From positions 3,232,001 to 3,296,000 of the forward strand of contig CBDCNP010000002.1 of NCBI GenBank assembly GCA_965219415.1: DNA of 64,000 nucleotides. The letters are read 5' to 3'. The notes below the pieces were generated by a model that was not told the origin of the DNA, did not search any database, and saw only the letters and a program-made list of their open reading frames with translations. Shown here piece by piece: positions 31,820-43,232 of the stretch; the stretch's first letter is position 1; every line of letters starts with the position of its first letter. Made by a program: the position numbers and the translations under genes. This stretch comes from Candidatus Marinacidobacterales bacterium. Its GTDB lineage: Bacteria; Acidobacteriota; Vicinamibacteria; Marinacidobacterales; DATDRI01.

Positions 31820-33225
31820 TGATCCTTGCCTCCGGTCGGTCCGTCCTCCCAATCCTGCGCGCTCGAAATGTTCGGCACGCCCCAATCCTCGCCGTTCCAG
31901 CCCTGGAAGCCGTCCATGCGGAAGACCCAAAACCCAGTGGTCATGTCGCTGACGACGATCAGGCCATCGGCATTACGGACGTCCACACCGAACGCACCAT
32001 TGTAGACCGGGGTTCGATCGGCGTTCGGGGGGCCCAGGTAAGTGTCGTAGTAGCCGACCGTCACCGGGTTTTTCGGATCCATCAAGCTGAAGATCTGGAG
32101 TCCATCGAGGTAGCCGGATACGAAAACGTACGGCCACCGGATCTCGTGGTTATGGACGAGATTCTTCCAGTTGGCGGTCCATGCACCGATGGGTTGATTG
32201 ATGTTCTTCACTTCTCCGTCGAGAGCCGGCTTCAGATCAAAAATGCGGAGCGGCGCGTATTGATACTCGGTCTCCGCCACAACGTAGCGCCCCTCCGACG
32301 TGGGAGTGAAGGTATGACCGCTGCGAACGCCTCTGATTCCGGTCAACGAAACGACGAGCTGGGGCTCTTCGAGATCGGTGACGTTGTAAATGTAGTACCC
32401 ACCCGTTCCGCCTCCGTAGAATCTGTCCTGGCCGGTATCCTTGTGGTAGCCGACGTAAAAGTCGTGGTAGCCCATCCGGCGTGCCAGAAAATTCGCAGCT
32501 TCGCCTCCTCCCTCTCGCACCGGCCTGTACTGGTCGCCCGATGCGTCCGGCACCGGGACCTTAGCGACCAACATGTCGTCGTGGAAGCCTTCGACCACGT
32601 ACCCTAAGTCATAGACGTGCGCGAACGGTCCGCTAACCGTTGTGAAGAGGAGCACGCGGCCATTGGTGTGCTTGTAGACGAAGATGTTATGGAATCCCTC
32701 GGGAGTATCCGGCGCTCGGATACGGGCGACTTCCTTGACCTTGGACGGGTCGGGGAGGCCGGTCACGTCCAGAACGACGGCGCCGAGGTCGGCGTCCGGC
32801 CCGCCTTGCCTGAATTGCAGGGACTGTACGACGTAATTGCGTCCCTTCCACTTGAAGTGCTTGACGTCCATCCCGCCCAGCCCCACATGGAGATCTTGGT
32901 TCTCGATCCTCCACTCGTAGATCCGCTGGGGTTTGGCCGGATCGGAAATGTCGATAATGTCCATCCCCCGCTCGCCCTCGTCACCGTAGACCATGCGGCC
33001 CACATAGGCGTAGGGCCGGTCGAGCTCCTGCTCGACGTCGATATCGGAGACGTTGAGTCGGGGCCCGAGTGGCAAGTGGGAGATGACCTTGATGTTGGGG
33101 CTCCCCGGGTTGTCGGCCGTCCATTCTTCGGAATAGACGGCGGGAGTATTGGAAATGAAGACCAGCGAGAATGCGAAGGCAAGCGCCAGACCGCCCCCGG
33201 CTATTGTTCCCGATTTTTTTCTCAT
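31816..33225 (-). CDS. LVIVD-repeat beta-propeller protein, copy B
   Basis: signal peptide; MDIIDISDPAKP, VVLDVTGLPDP, IYNVTDLEEP, LQIFSLMDPKNP; His motifs FHNIF, YHDFY, GHTF, VHNHE. Confidence 0.85.
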   Translation of the reverse strand: MRKKSGTIAGGGLALAFAFSLVFISNTPAVYSEEWTADNPGSPNIKVISHLPLGPRLNVSDIDVEQELDRPYAYVGRMVYGDEGERGMDIIDISDPAKPQRIYEWRIENQDLHVGLGGMDVKHFKWKGRNYVVQSLQFRQGGPDADLGAVVLDVTGLPDPSKVKEVARIRAPDTPEGFHNIFVYKHTNGRVLLFTTVSGPFAHVYDLGYVVEGFHDDMLVAKVPVPDASGDQYRPVREGGGEAANFLARRMGYHDFYVGYHKDTGQDRFYGGGTGGYYIYNVTDLEEPQLVVSLTGIRGVRSGHTFTPTSEGRYVVAETEYQYAPLRIFDLKPALDGEVKNINQPIGAWTANWKNLVHNHEIRWPYVFVSGYLDGLQIFSLMDPKNPVTVGYYDTYLGPPNADRTPVYNGAFGVDVRNADGLIVVSDMTTGFWVFRMDGFQGWNGEDWGVPNISSAQDWEDGPTGGKDQ

Positions 33226-34580
33226 TGATCGTTTCCTTCCGGTCCGGCCGGTCCGGCCGGTCCGGTTTCCCAATCCTGCGCGCTCGAGACGTCGGGTACG
33301 CCCCAGTCCGAGCCTTTCCAACCTTGGAAACCATCCATGCGAAACACCCAAAACCCGGTGGTCATGTCGCTGACGACGATCAGGCCGTCGGCGTTGCGGA
33401 TGTCGACACCGAACGCTCCGTTGAAGACGGCAGTTCGATCGCTGTTGGGAGGGCCCAGATAGGTGTCGTAATAGCCGACCGTCACCGGGTTTTCCGGATC
33501 CATCAAGCTAAAGATCTGGAGCCCATCGAGATATCCGGAGACGAAAACGTACGGCCAGCGGATCTCGTGGTTGTGGACGAGATTCTTCCAGTTGGCGGTC
33601 CAGGCGCCGATAGGACGGTTGATGTTCTCCACTTCTCCATCGAGCGCGGGCTTTAGATCGAAGATGCGAAGCGGCGCGTATTGATACTCGGTCTCCGCCA
33701 CAACGTAGCGCCCATCCGACGTGGGAGTAAAAGTATGGCCGCTGCGAACGCCGCTGATCCCGGTCAATGAAACAACAAGCTGCGGCTCCTCGAGGTCGGT
33801 GACGTTGTAAATGTAGTAGCCACCCGTGCCGCCGCCGTAAAACCTATCTTGGCCGGTATCCTTGTGGTAGCCCACGTAAAAGTCGTGGTAGCCGCGCCGC
33901 TCGCGCGACGCATCCGGCAGGGGAACCTTGGCCACCAACATGTCATCGTGGAATCCCTCGACCACGTACCCTAGGTCGTAAACGTGCGCGAACGGTCCGG
34001 TAACGGTCGTGAAGAGGAGCACGCGGCCGTTGGTGTGTTTGTAGACGAAAATGTTGTGGAATCCCTCAGGCAGATCGGGGGCTCGGATGCGGGCGACTTC
34101 TTTCACCTTGGACGGGTCGGGGAGGCCGGTCACATCGAGGACGACGGCGCCGAGATCGGCGTCCGGTCCGCCCTGCTTGAACTGCAGTGACTGGACGACG
34201 TAATAGCGTCCCTTCCACTTGAAGTGCTTGACGTCCATACCGCCGGTGCCCAGATGGAGATCTTGGTTTTCAATCCGCCACTTGTAGATTCGCTTGGGAT
34301 TGGCGGGGTCGGAAATGTCGATGATGTCCATCCCCCGGTCTCCTTCGGTGCCGTAGACCATGCGGCCCACGTAGGCGTAGGGCCGGTCGAGCTCTTGCTC
34401 GAGGTCGATATCGGACACGTTGAGCCTGGGCCCGAGCGGCAAATGAGAGATGACCTTGATGTTGGGGCTCCCCGGGTTGTCGGCGGTCCACTCTTCGGAG
34501 TGGGCCGGCTGGGTTCCCGGAAGGAAGACCACGGCCAGCAAGAACATTGCGGACCCTGTGAGGGCACGGCGGAAAGTCAT
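33222..34580 (-). CDS. LVIVD-repeat beta-propeller protein, copy A
   Basis: mature region nearly identical to copy B from SEEWTADNPGSPN to SSAQDWE; different signal peptide. Confidence 0.85.
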   Translation of the reverse strand: MTFRRALTGSAMFLLAVVFLPGTQPAHSEEWTADNPGSPNIKVISHLPLGPRLNVSDIDLEQELDRPYAYVGRMVYGTEGDRGMDIIDISDPANPKRIYKWRIENQDLHLGTGGMDVKHFKWKGRYYVVQSLQFKQGGPDADLGAVVLDVTGLPDPSKVKEVARIRAPDLPEGFHNIFVYKHTNGRVLLFTTVTGPFAHVYDLGYVVEGFHDDMLVAKVPLPDASRERRGYHDFYVGYHKDTGQDRFYGGGTGGYYIYNVTDLEEPQLVVSLTGISGVRSGHTFTPTSDGRYVVAETEYQYAPLRIFDLKPALDGEVENINRPIGAWTANWKNLVHNHEIRWPYVFVSGYLDGLQIFSLMDPENPVTVGYYDTYLGPPNSDRTAVFNGAFGVDIRNADGLIVVSDMTTGFWVFRMDGFQGWKGSDWGVPDVSSAQDWETGPAGPAGPEGNDQ

Positions 34581-34737
34581 TGGATTACCTCGCTAGGAAG
34601 CTAAAAAAATGGCTAGGCCCTCGAACCATGGGATTGCCATACTCAGGGCACCCAAACGACGGGATTGCTAAATCCCAACCTAGTCAGGCCTATTCTATAT
34701 GACGCATCGCCGTTCCAGAAGCGCCCTGCCTAGGGCA

Positions 34738-35798
34738 CTAGGGGGTCACCGGGGTCATCGGGTTCAGGGGCGGGGCGGCTGGGCCTTCCAGGCCTGTCGG
34801 TGGAGCGGGGGACTCGAGAAGCTCGCCGAGCTTCGGGTACTGCGTTCCGAAGAAGTGAAGCGCGTAGGCCTGGAAGAAGACCATCGCGGGCGCATAGACG
34901 AGCGCCATGAAAAGAGGATCACGAGAATGATGACGCCGCCGAGCACCGAGACCAGGGCGATGGTGACGGGGCTCCAGCTGATCCCCGCCGCCTGTCCCAC
35001 GAAGGCGGCGATGATGCCCGGGAACAGTACGGCGAGGAAGAGCATCAACGCCACCATGACATAGAGGATGGTGAAGAAGATGGCGCTGCCGAGAGCGAGT
35101 AGCGCTTTCATTACCACAAACAAGAGGTAGGCCGATTTGTTCACGCTCACCATCGGCCATAGCCGGCGCCAGTCTTCAAGCGCGCCAATGTTCTCGAGCG
35201 CCATCAGCGGGACGACCCAATCCTTCACTGCCAGCCCGGCCACGACGGTTGCGATGATGAGAGCCAGGAATGCGAAGAACAGGATGACGCCTCCGATCAC
35301 CAGGAGGACGATGTGCTCACCCGGCGCGTCAAAGACACCGGCTGCCCAGGCCAAGCCGGCCGGCACACCGAACAAGACAGTGAAGACGATCATCACGACG
35401 ATGGTGAATCCGATCCACCAAAGGAAGAGGCTGCGTCCCTGTTGTTGCCAACGGGCCCAACCCTCCGCGATCGAACATCGGTCGTTGAGAACGGAATCGA
35501 ACAGAATAAACCGGAACACGCTTGCGACATAGGTTAAGAACAACATCAGGATCATCGCCGCGACACTCGCGCCGATGATGATGGGGGCGGCCGGCGTTGA
35601 CGCCAGAAGCTCTCCTGAGGTGTCGCTCGGTCCGCTGGAGCCGGGAAAGTTGAAGCCCCCGCCCGCGAACTCCCAGGTCAGAAGAGATACGACACCGAGG
35701 CGAAGCCAATGGCCGAGACGGAAAGGCTTGAAGAGCTGTTTAATGGTTCGTTCGAACGCAGGGCCTATGGTATCGACCGCCTGCGAGGATGAGCCCAT
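34738..35798 (-). CDS. multi-pass membrane protein, frameshift near the 3' end
   Basis: several TM helices; frame change near 34910 restores ALVYAPAMVFFQAYALHFFG. Confidence 0.7.
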
Positions 35799-35826
35799 GA
35801 AAAGATTATCTCATACGCGCAGCTCG

Positions 35827-37155
35827 TTATCGGATTCTCCAGCCGTTCACCGGCCCGCCGTGGAGAAACTTCTCCGGCTCCATCACGCCGTTTCGTTTGA
35901 AGATCAGCCCGTCTTTCATCACGAATTGGACGTTGCGGAGGGCATCGATGTCGTCCAGCGGGTTTCCCGGCACCGCGATGATATCGGCGGCTAGCCCCGC
36001 TTTGATCGGGCCTCGCTCGTTCTCGGTTTGAGAACACTTGTATCCGTTGATGGTCATCGCCTTGAGGATCTCGGGAGCTGGAATCCCGGCGGCCTTCCAC
36101 GTAAGGAGAAAGTCGATGGCCACCTCACCGCGACTCATGCCCGGGACGTAATAGTCGGCATCGGTGGAAAACGTGAGCGGAACCTTATTCTGGTAGGCGT
36201 TCTGGAGCCCGGCCACCGTCGCCTCGAACTCTTCCTGACTTCCGCGATAGGCGGTGAAGGGGGTTTCGGTTCCGGCGCGCCAGATTCCCTTCGCCGCCAT
36301 CTGCTTGTGAGTCTCGTCGTCGAGGGCCTCCGAGTGCGCGATGGACCAGATGCCCGCTTCGATGGCACGACGAGCCCCATCGGGGGTTTGTACGTGGCCT
36401 TCGACAACCATGCCGGCCTTCGCCGCCTCGTCGATAAAGAGCTTCATCTCGTCTACCGTGTATCCGTAGGGCTTGGAGTCCACCATGATCTTGATGACTT
36501 TGGCCCCAAAGAGGATGTTTTGGCGAACCGCCTTGACGATCTCATCGTTGGTGTCTGCGTCGAGGTACTCGGGGTAGACGATGTTGTGATCGAGCGCCAT
36601 CTCGGGCGTGGGCCAGAACTGCCCCCCCATTCCACCAATGATCAGGCCGGAGTTAATGATGGTAGGACCGGGCACCCAGCCTTGCTCGATGGCGACCCGG
36701 TGTGCGGTGTCCGCATAGTTCCCGGCGTTGCCCATGTCGCGGACGATCGTGAAACCCGAAGACAGCATCTGCATCCCGTTCGAAACGGCCTGGATGGCGC
36801 GTATCGGGGTGGAGTCGAGGACATAGGTTAGGTAGTAGACGTCGTTCTCGGGAACCTTCTTGTAGGTGAGCGCGAGGTGGTTGTGAGTGTCGACGAGTCC
36901 CGGGAGGACGCTGAGCCCCGATAGGTCGATCCATTCGGCTTCTCCAGGCACCAAAAAGTTTGCGCCCACCGCGCGGATCTTCCCGTTTTCGACGAGAATC
37001 ACCTGGTTTGCGGTCGAAGTTCCGGACTCAGGGTCGATGAGACGGCCGGCGCGGATGGCGGTGATTTGGGCGGAAAGGGGGATCGGGGCGTTTGCCAAAA
37101 TGATCGGCACGGCGAGCGCCAACAAGCGACTGCGGAGCGAGAGTCTATCTGACAT
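35827..37155 (-). CDS. secreted amidohydrolase family protein (Xaa-Pro dipeptidase-like)
   Basis: signal peptide; LPGLVDTHNHL, GFTIVRDMG, GAKVIK, SIAH, FSTDAD, ADIIAVPGNPL. Confidence 0.9.
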   Translation of the reverse strand: MSDRLSLRSRLLALAVPIILANAPIPLSAQITAIRAGRLIDPESGTSTANQVILVENGKIRAVGANFLVPGEAEWIDLSGLSVLPGLVDTHNHLALTYKKVPENDVYYLTYVLDSTPIRAIQAVSNGMQMLSSGFTIVRDMGNAGNYADTAHRVAIEQGWVPGPTIINSGLIIGGMGGQFWPTPEMALDHNIVYPEYLDADTNDEIVKAVRQNILFGAKVIKIMVDSKPYGYTVDEMKLFIDEAAKAGMVVEGHVQTPDGARRAIEAGIWSIAHSEALDDETHKQMAAKGIWRAGTETPFTAYRGSQEEFEATVAGLQNAYQNKVPLTFSTDADYYVPGMSRGEVAIDFLLTWKAAGIPAPEILKAMTINGYKCSQTENERGPIKAGLAADIIAVPGNPLDDIDALRNVQFVMKDGLIFKRNGVMEPEKFLHGGPVNGWRIR

Positions 37156-37241
37156 CAGTCATCTCCTCATTAATAAAGACGAAAAAACAGAAAGAGGCTA
37201 TGCGGCGGTCATTATATAAGGAGCTTGTCTTTGGAGTACTG

Positions 37242-37823
37242 CTATGTGGAGGCGGGTCGGCGGGAGCGCCACGCCAGAAGCTTCCGCGCTAGGAGAACCA
37301 GGAGAAGCACCACCAGCGCGAACGCAATGACCGGCAGAACGATGGCCAGAATCGCAAACGCGAACGAGTTTGCTGCTTCCACGGTCGAGACGATCGGGTT
37401 CGCCAGCCCTCCGGTTGTGAGGGTCGACGCGTGGCGGATGGCGGTGGTCGCGGTCTGGACGATGCCGGCTACCCCGCCACCGCCGATGGCGGCCAAGGTC
37501 CATTTCAGGAACGGGTCGACGTCGGTGAGAGCGGACGCGGTAACGATGGTTCCCGCGACAACGGCCGAGGGAGCGGCAAGCGTGTCGAGGAGGTTGTCCA
37601 CCCACGGGATGTAATAGGCCGCGATCTCGAGGATGGTTGCGGCGGCGAACGCTACCAGCGCGGGAGTCGTCCCGATCCACTGGAAGCCGCCACCGAGCTC
37701 CAAGTACCCACTGTGGGCCGCGATGCTCATGATGAGGAAAGGGACGAAGACCCGAAAGCCGCATGCGGCCGCGAGGCCCAAGCCCACGAAGAGGCTGGTG
37801 AGCGTCCCCATCGAGAATTCCAT
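37242..37823 (-). CDS. DUF4126 family membrane protein
   Basis: GLGLAAACGFRVFVP, EIAAYYIPWVDNLLD, TTGGLANPIVSTVE. Confidence 0.9.
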   Translation of the reverse strand: MEFSMGTLTSLFVGLGLAAACGFRVFVPFLIMSIAAHSGYLELGGGFQWIGTTPALVAFAAATILEIAAYYIPWVDNLLDTLAAPSAVVAGTIVTASALTDVDPFLKWTLAAIGGGGVAGIVQTATTAIRHASTLTTGGLANPIVSTVEAANSFAFAILAIVLPVIAFALVVLLLVLLARKLLAWRSRRPAST

Positions 37824-37849
37824 CCTTACATTATATAGGAGTCTTCAGC

Positions 37850-37910
37850 CCGCGCGCAGTCGCCTGCCGACGTAGCGCGAGGCGTGGGGGTGGGGGCCCC
37901 GCGCCACTGA
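37850..37910. repeat. intergenic double-hairpin REP-like element
   Basis: CGCGC..GTCG..CGAC..GCGCG and GGCGTGGGG..CCCCGCGCC stems between divergent genes; single copy in the window. Confidence 0.45.
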
Positions 37911-37925
37911 GTTAAGATAGCGTCA

Positions 37926-39240
37926 ATGAAACGACTTGGGGTCATCCTTAACTACTGCCATGGTCGCTTCGTGCTCTCCCAGGGAGGAGCAAGCGAAGGA
38001 ATCCCCTACAATGGAAGCTATGAATCAGGTTGCCGAAGATTATGTGAAGCTGGCGCTGGCGATGGGGCCGCACGACGCGGACTACGTGGATGCCTACTAT
38101 GGACCGGAGGAGCTGAAGGCGGCCGGCGAGGCCGAGTACACCGATCTCGATGCCATTCGGAACAAGGCAGGGAGTGTGCTCGAGGAGCTCCAGACGATAG
38201 ACGTTTCTCGGAAAGAGGAGATGATCGGGCTCCGCCATCGATTCTTGACCCTTCAGCTTCAGTCTCTCGTCGCCCGCGCCCGGATGTTGGGTGGCGAACG
38301 GCTGACCTTCGACGAGGAGTCGCAGGCGCTCTACGATGCCACCGCTCCGACCTATCTGGAGTCTTACTTCCAGGTCACGCTCGATCGGTTGGGTGAAGTC
38401 CTTCCCGGGACCGGCTCCCTGGTGGAGCGTTACGAGGCGTTTCGAGGCCAGTTTTTGATCCCACCCGACAAGCTCGATACGGTCTTCCAAGCCGCCATCG
38501 CGGAGTGCCGCACGCGAACCGCGCCTCACATCGAGCTTCCCGAGGGCGAAAACTTCCGCATCGAGTACGTCACCGACAAGAGCTGGTCTGGCTACAATTG
38601 GTACGAAGGGAACTACCAGAGTCTCATCCAGGTGAACACCGATCTCCCGACCGCCATCGATCGCGCCGTCGACCTGGCCTGTCACGAGGGCTATCCCGGC
38701 CACCATGCCTACAATGTAATGCGAGAAAAGCATCTGGTGAACGATCGAGGCTGGGTGGAGTTCACCGTCCAACCCCTGTTCTGCCCGATGGGCCTCATTT
38801 CGGAAGGCACCGCTAACTACGGGATCGAAGTCGCGTTTCCCGGCGAGGAGCGTATCGCCTACGAAAAAGAGACGCTCTTTCCACTCGCCGGCCTCGATCC
38901 TGGAGAAGCCGAGCTCTTCTATGAAATCGAGTCCCTCATGGGAGATCTCTCCTACGCAGGAAACGAAGCCGCCCGGCGCTATCTGAACGGCGAAATCGAC
39001 GCCGACGAAGCCGCTCGATGGCTGGTCCGTTATGCCCTATCGACGCCCCCGCGTGCCCAACAGAGAATTCGTTTCATCGACCAGTACCGGAGCTACGTGA
39101 TCAACTACAACTTGGGAAAGGATATGGTCGCCGACTACATCGAGGGTCGGGGCGGTACGGAAGACAACCCAGCGAAACGTTGGCGGGAGTTTGAGGACTT
39201 GCTCTCCTCACCGCGAGTGCCCTCCGGACTGAAAGAATAG
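37926..39240 (+). CDS. putative lipoprotein metallopeptidase (DUF885-like), frameshift in the signal peptide
   Basis: VDAYYGP, WSGYNWY, CHEGYPGHH, ISEGTAN, YRSYVINY; ATG 37926 is out of frame with the main ORF. Confidence 0.7.
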
Positions 39241-39318
39241 TCCCCCCGCTGAACCTTTTTCAGTCTTTCCTCGTCCAAATTAAGGGAGAGGGTTTGAATC
39301 CCGCCCTAGGAGTGAACC

Positions 39319-41785
39319 ATGTCCGATCTCAAACGTGATCTCGCTTACGCCGTCCGCATGCTTTCCAAGGGCAAGGGAACCACCGCCATTGCCGTGCTGA
39401 CCCTGGCACTCGGCATCGGAGCCAACACTGCTATTTTCAGCGTCGTCACCGGTGTCTTGACGCGGACCCTGCCTTATGAGGACTCCGAGCAGTTGGTTTA
39501 TCTTTCGGAGAACAGCGCTCAGATGCCGCTAATCTCCGTCAACCCGATGAACTTTGAGGACTGGCGCGAGCAAAACGAAGTCTTCTCCAAGATGGCTATT
39601 TACCGGGGCGGCACCCTCAATTTCATTAGTGACGGCGAGCCGGAACGGCTGGAAGTGCTCCAAGCGTCATCGGAGCTCTTTGCCGTTCTAGGTGTGACCC
39701 CTGTTTTCGGCCGTACTTTCTTGCCCGAAGACGATCGACCGGGAGCGGGACGGGTGACCCTCTTGAGCTTCGGATTTTGGGAGCGTCGCTTCGGCTCCGA
39801 TCCAGAGATCGTGGGACGTGTAATAAGGCTCGATGGGGAAAGCTTCACGGTGGTTGGCGTGTTACCACGTTCTCTCGAGGGCGAGTTGCTGAAGTGGTAT
39901 CTGACCGGAGATCTGTGGGTGCCCTTGTGGCTCTATCGTGACGAGCTGCCTCCCGGCCGACAAGGCGGGCCGGGCACTCTCGTGGCGGCGCGGATGGAGC
40001 CCGGGATCGACGTAGCGAGGGCCCGGGCGGATATGGATACAATTGCCTCGCGACTTGCCCAGGAATATCCCGACACCAACGAGGGCAAGGGCGTCAACGT
40101 GGTGTCGTTCCAAGAAGAAGAGATCGGTGCCATTCGCCCGGCGCTTCTCACGGCGATGGTGGCGATCGGGTTCGTTCTGCTCATTGTCTGCGCCAATGTG
40201 GCGAACCTTCAATTGACGAGAGCCTCGGGCCGCCGAAAGGAGATCGCGATACGTTCGGCGCTGGGCGCAGGGAGGTCGATCCTCATTCGCCAGCTTCTCA
40301 TCGAGAGTACGGTGCTCGCTTTGTTCGGAGGGATCCTCGGAACACTCGCCGCCGCTTGGGGTGTTCGCTTGATGGCGGCGGCGCTTCCCAGTTGGGCGAT
40401 CCGACCCGAGATCCTTGCCTTGGACATCGGCGCTCTTTGGTTTGCGCTAGCCGTCTCTATCTCGACCGGAATCTTCTTCGGGATGGCGCCGGCGCTGCAA
40501 GCCTCCAAAACCGATCTGCGCGAAGTGATGGGAGAGAGTGGTCGATCGTCGGCGAGCCGGGGTCGGCTTCGCTTGGGAAACCTGCTCGTGAGTGGGGAGG
40601 TTGCGGTGGCGCTCGTGCTCTTGATCGGCGCGGCGCTCATGATCAAGAGCTTTGTCGCTCTCAGGAGCGTCGATCCAGGGTTTCGCCCCGAGGGTGTGGT
40701 GACGATGCAGATCACGCTTTCGCCGGGGAAAGTACGAGCAAGATTTTCGGTGGCAAGATTTCTATCGAAATCTGGTGAATCGTGTCGAGGAGCTGCCAGG
40801 GGTGGAGGCGGCGGGCATCAGCACACTCTTACCGCTCGCCGGACCGAGTAACGAGTCCATTGTTATTGCGGAAGGAGAGCCGCTTCCCAAGAGCATCGAT
40901 GAAGTCAGAAGCGTCCTCTGGGAGATGGTGAGCGCAGACTACTTTCGAACGATGGGCATCCAGTTAATTCGGGGGCGCGGTTTCACCGATGGGGATAGCT
41001 CCGATACACCGCGCGTGGCGGTCATCGATGAGAAAATGGCCGAGACTCTTTGGCCGGGTGAAGATCCGATCGGAAAACGCCTCGCCTTCGAGTTCGAGCG
41101 ACACGATCTTCGGGATCCGGGACCTATCTTCCGCGAGGTCATAGGTGTGGTGCGGCATGTGCGACACTATCGCTTGGAAGAGGATTCCAGAGTCGAGGCT
41201 TACGGGCCCTTTACGCAGGTAAATACCGGTGACTCGGGGGCATGATGAGGATGTCGTTGGTGGCGCGAACCCCCGGGGATCCTCTCGACCTGGTGGGCCC
41301 CATCCGCGGCGAGATCTTGGCGCTAGATCCCCGAACAACCGGTCGATTCCATCTGCACCATGTCCGCGATCGTAGCCAACCACTGGGCTCGAGCGCAGAT
41401 GGTGTCGCGGCTCCTGGGAGCCTTCGCCGCCGTGGCAATGTTACTCTCTGCGATTGGCCTCTACGGTGTGATCGCTTACTCGGTCAGCCAGCGAACCCGC
41501 GAGATTGGAATCCGCATGGCGTTGGGAGCTGGACGCCGACAACTATTAAGGATGGTGGTGCGCCAAGGGCTGAAGCTGGTCTTGGCTGGGGTCGCCATCG
41601 GGGCGGTTTCTGCGCTCGGTCTGACCAGGCTCTTGTCCAGCATGCTCTACGGTGTGGTACCTCATGACCCGGCCGTCTTCATAGGCCTTTCTCTTTTCCT
41701 TGTGGGCGTCGCCTTGGTGGCGACGATTCTTCCCGCCCACCGAGCGACCCGAGTGGACCCTATGGTGGCGCTACGGTACGAGTGA
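39319..41785 (+). pseudogene. ADOP-type duplicated ABC permease, frameshifted
   Basis: [69 protein letters not shown] over several frames. Confidence 0.85.
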
Positions 41786-41985
41786 GCGAATCAACTCGCT
41801 GTGCTAAAACAAGTTAGCGAAACCTACACCGGCCGAGGTTGCACCGGGCGCCTGGCTGAACTAGAATACGTTTTCTAGCTCTCGGAAGACCCTCGCGACG
41901 AGTTTATCGGCCTGGCCCAACGACGGAGGTCTCGGCTATTGATCCTCGGGTCAGGCAACCCGTTCGGATTAAGGGAGGTCAAGTT

Positions 41986-42258
41986 TTGTCAAACCGTAGT
42001 CGACAAACGTTCCTCAAGCGCCAAAAAGAGCTCCAGCGGCAGGAACGGCAGCGGGCAAAGAACGAAAAACGTACCCAGCGTCGCACAGCCGAAAAGGACA
42101 AGCCGCAGCTAGCGGGCGGCGGCGACGATCCGGACATCGCTGGAATCGTTCCCGGACCGCAGCCATTGCCGTGGGACATCGAAGAAGAAGAGGCGGTCGA
42201 GGAATCGACGGAGGAAGCAACGGAGGAAGCCAAAGCGGAAACCGCTTCACCGGAATAA
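41986..42258 (+). CDS. small conserved hypothetical protein, basic N-terminus and acidic C-terminus
   Basis: GGGAGG SD, TTG start; TFLKRQKE, DPDIAGIVPGPQP. Confidence 0.7.
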   Translation: MSNRSRQTFLKRQKELQRQERQRAKNEKRTQRRTAEKDKPQLAGGGDDPDIAGIVPGPQPLPWDIEEEEAVEESTEEATEEAKAETASPE

Positions 42259-42414
42259 CCTCCTCGCTCTTCGTATAATTGCCTAGGCGATCCGCCTTCG
42301 CCGGCACCCCTCTCTCCGCGACTTTACCAAAGCCGAGAATCTCGCAACTCCACTCTATTCTGAAACCCTGTCTCCGTATTAGAATAACCTGCCCTTTTCG
42401 AGGAGGCTGCGGCG

Positions 42415-43212
42415 GTGGCGATTGAACGGACCGAGTTGGTTCGACTACTGGAGGAAGCCCTCTTCTTGATGCCGACCGATCGCGCCGACATTGCGGAGCT
42501 CGGAATTCCTGGTGTGCGTGGCCGCATGACACCCATCTCCCATCCCATGGCGAATCTCGTGGGGAGCGTCCCGCGAGCCGAAGAGTTATCCGATGCCACC
42601 ATCCAAGAAGTCGTGGAGCGCTTCCGAGCTGAAAACAAGTCGTTCGGTTGGGTAACTGGTCCGCTGTCGCCGGAAGGGCTGGAGCGCCAGCTCATCGGCA
42701 ATCGCCTGGTCAGGATCGACGAGTTCAGCGGTATGGTCCTGTCCGATCTTGGCAAGCCGATCGTAACCCGCCCCGGAGTGCGAGTGGTCGAAGTATCTGT
42801 CGAGGAGCGTGACAAGTTCCAAGCGCTCTTGTCGATGGCATTTCAGCTTCCGCCCGACGTCGCAGCATTTATGTCCGACGTCTTGTACTTCAACCCCTCG
42901 CATCTCAAGGTGCGGAATTATTTCGCCTTCCTTGTGGGCGTGGATGAACCGGTTGGCCTAGGCAGTACGATGTACATGCCCGATTCGTCAGTGGTCTTGT
43001 TGGCAGGCTCGGCGACGCTCGCCGACTACCGCCACCGCGGAGTCTATCGTGGGCTGGTGGCGCGACGGGTGGACGATGCTAGGAAAGACGGTGTGGCGGC
43101 GGCTATCATCCAGGCGGCGCGAACCACGTCGGCTCCGATCTGCCAGAAGATGGGTTTCGCTGAGGTCTGCCGGCAAGCGCTCTATATGTGGGAGCCCGAC
43201 GTCCCCGCCTAA
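42415..43212 (+). CDS. GNAT family N-acetyltransferase
   Basis: ATLADYRHRGVYRGLV acetyl-CoA motif A; PICQKMGF. Confidence 0.85.
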   Translation: MAIERTELVRLLEEALFLMPTDRADIAELGIPGVRGRMTPISHPMANLVGSVPRAEELSDATIQEVVERFRAENKSFGWVTGPLSPEGLERQLIGNRLVRIDEFSGMVLSDLGKPIVTRPGVRVVEVSVEERDKFQALLSMAFQLPPDVAAFMSDVLYFNPSHLKVRNYFAFLVGVDEPVGLGSTMYMPDSSVVLLAGSATLADYRHRGVYRGLVARRVDDARKDGVAAAIIQAARTTSAPICQKMGFAEVCRQALYMWEPDVPA

Positions 43213-43232
43213 AATGGTCTCTTCGTCCTTTA

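Noticed and set aside
31816-34580. DGR template/variable repeat pair served by the RT
   Set aside because: Differences between the LVIVD copies are mostly synonymous and not adenine-specific; this is a whole-gene duplication and the RT is not DGR-like.
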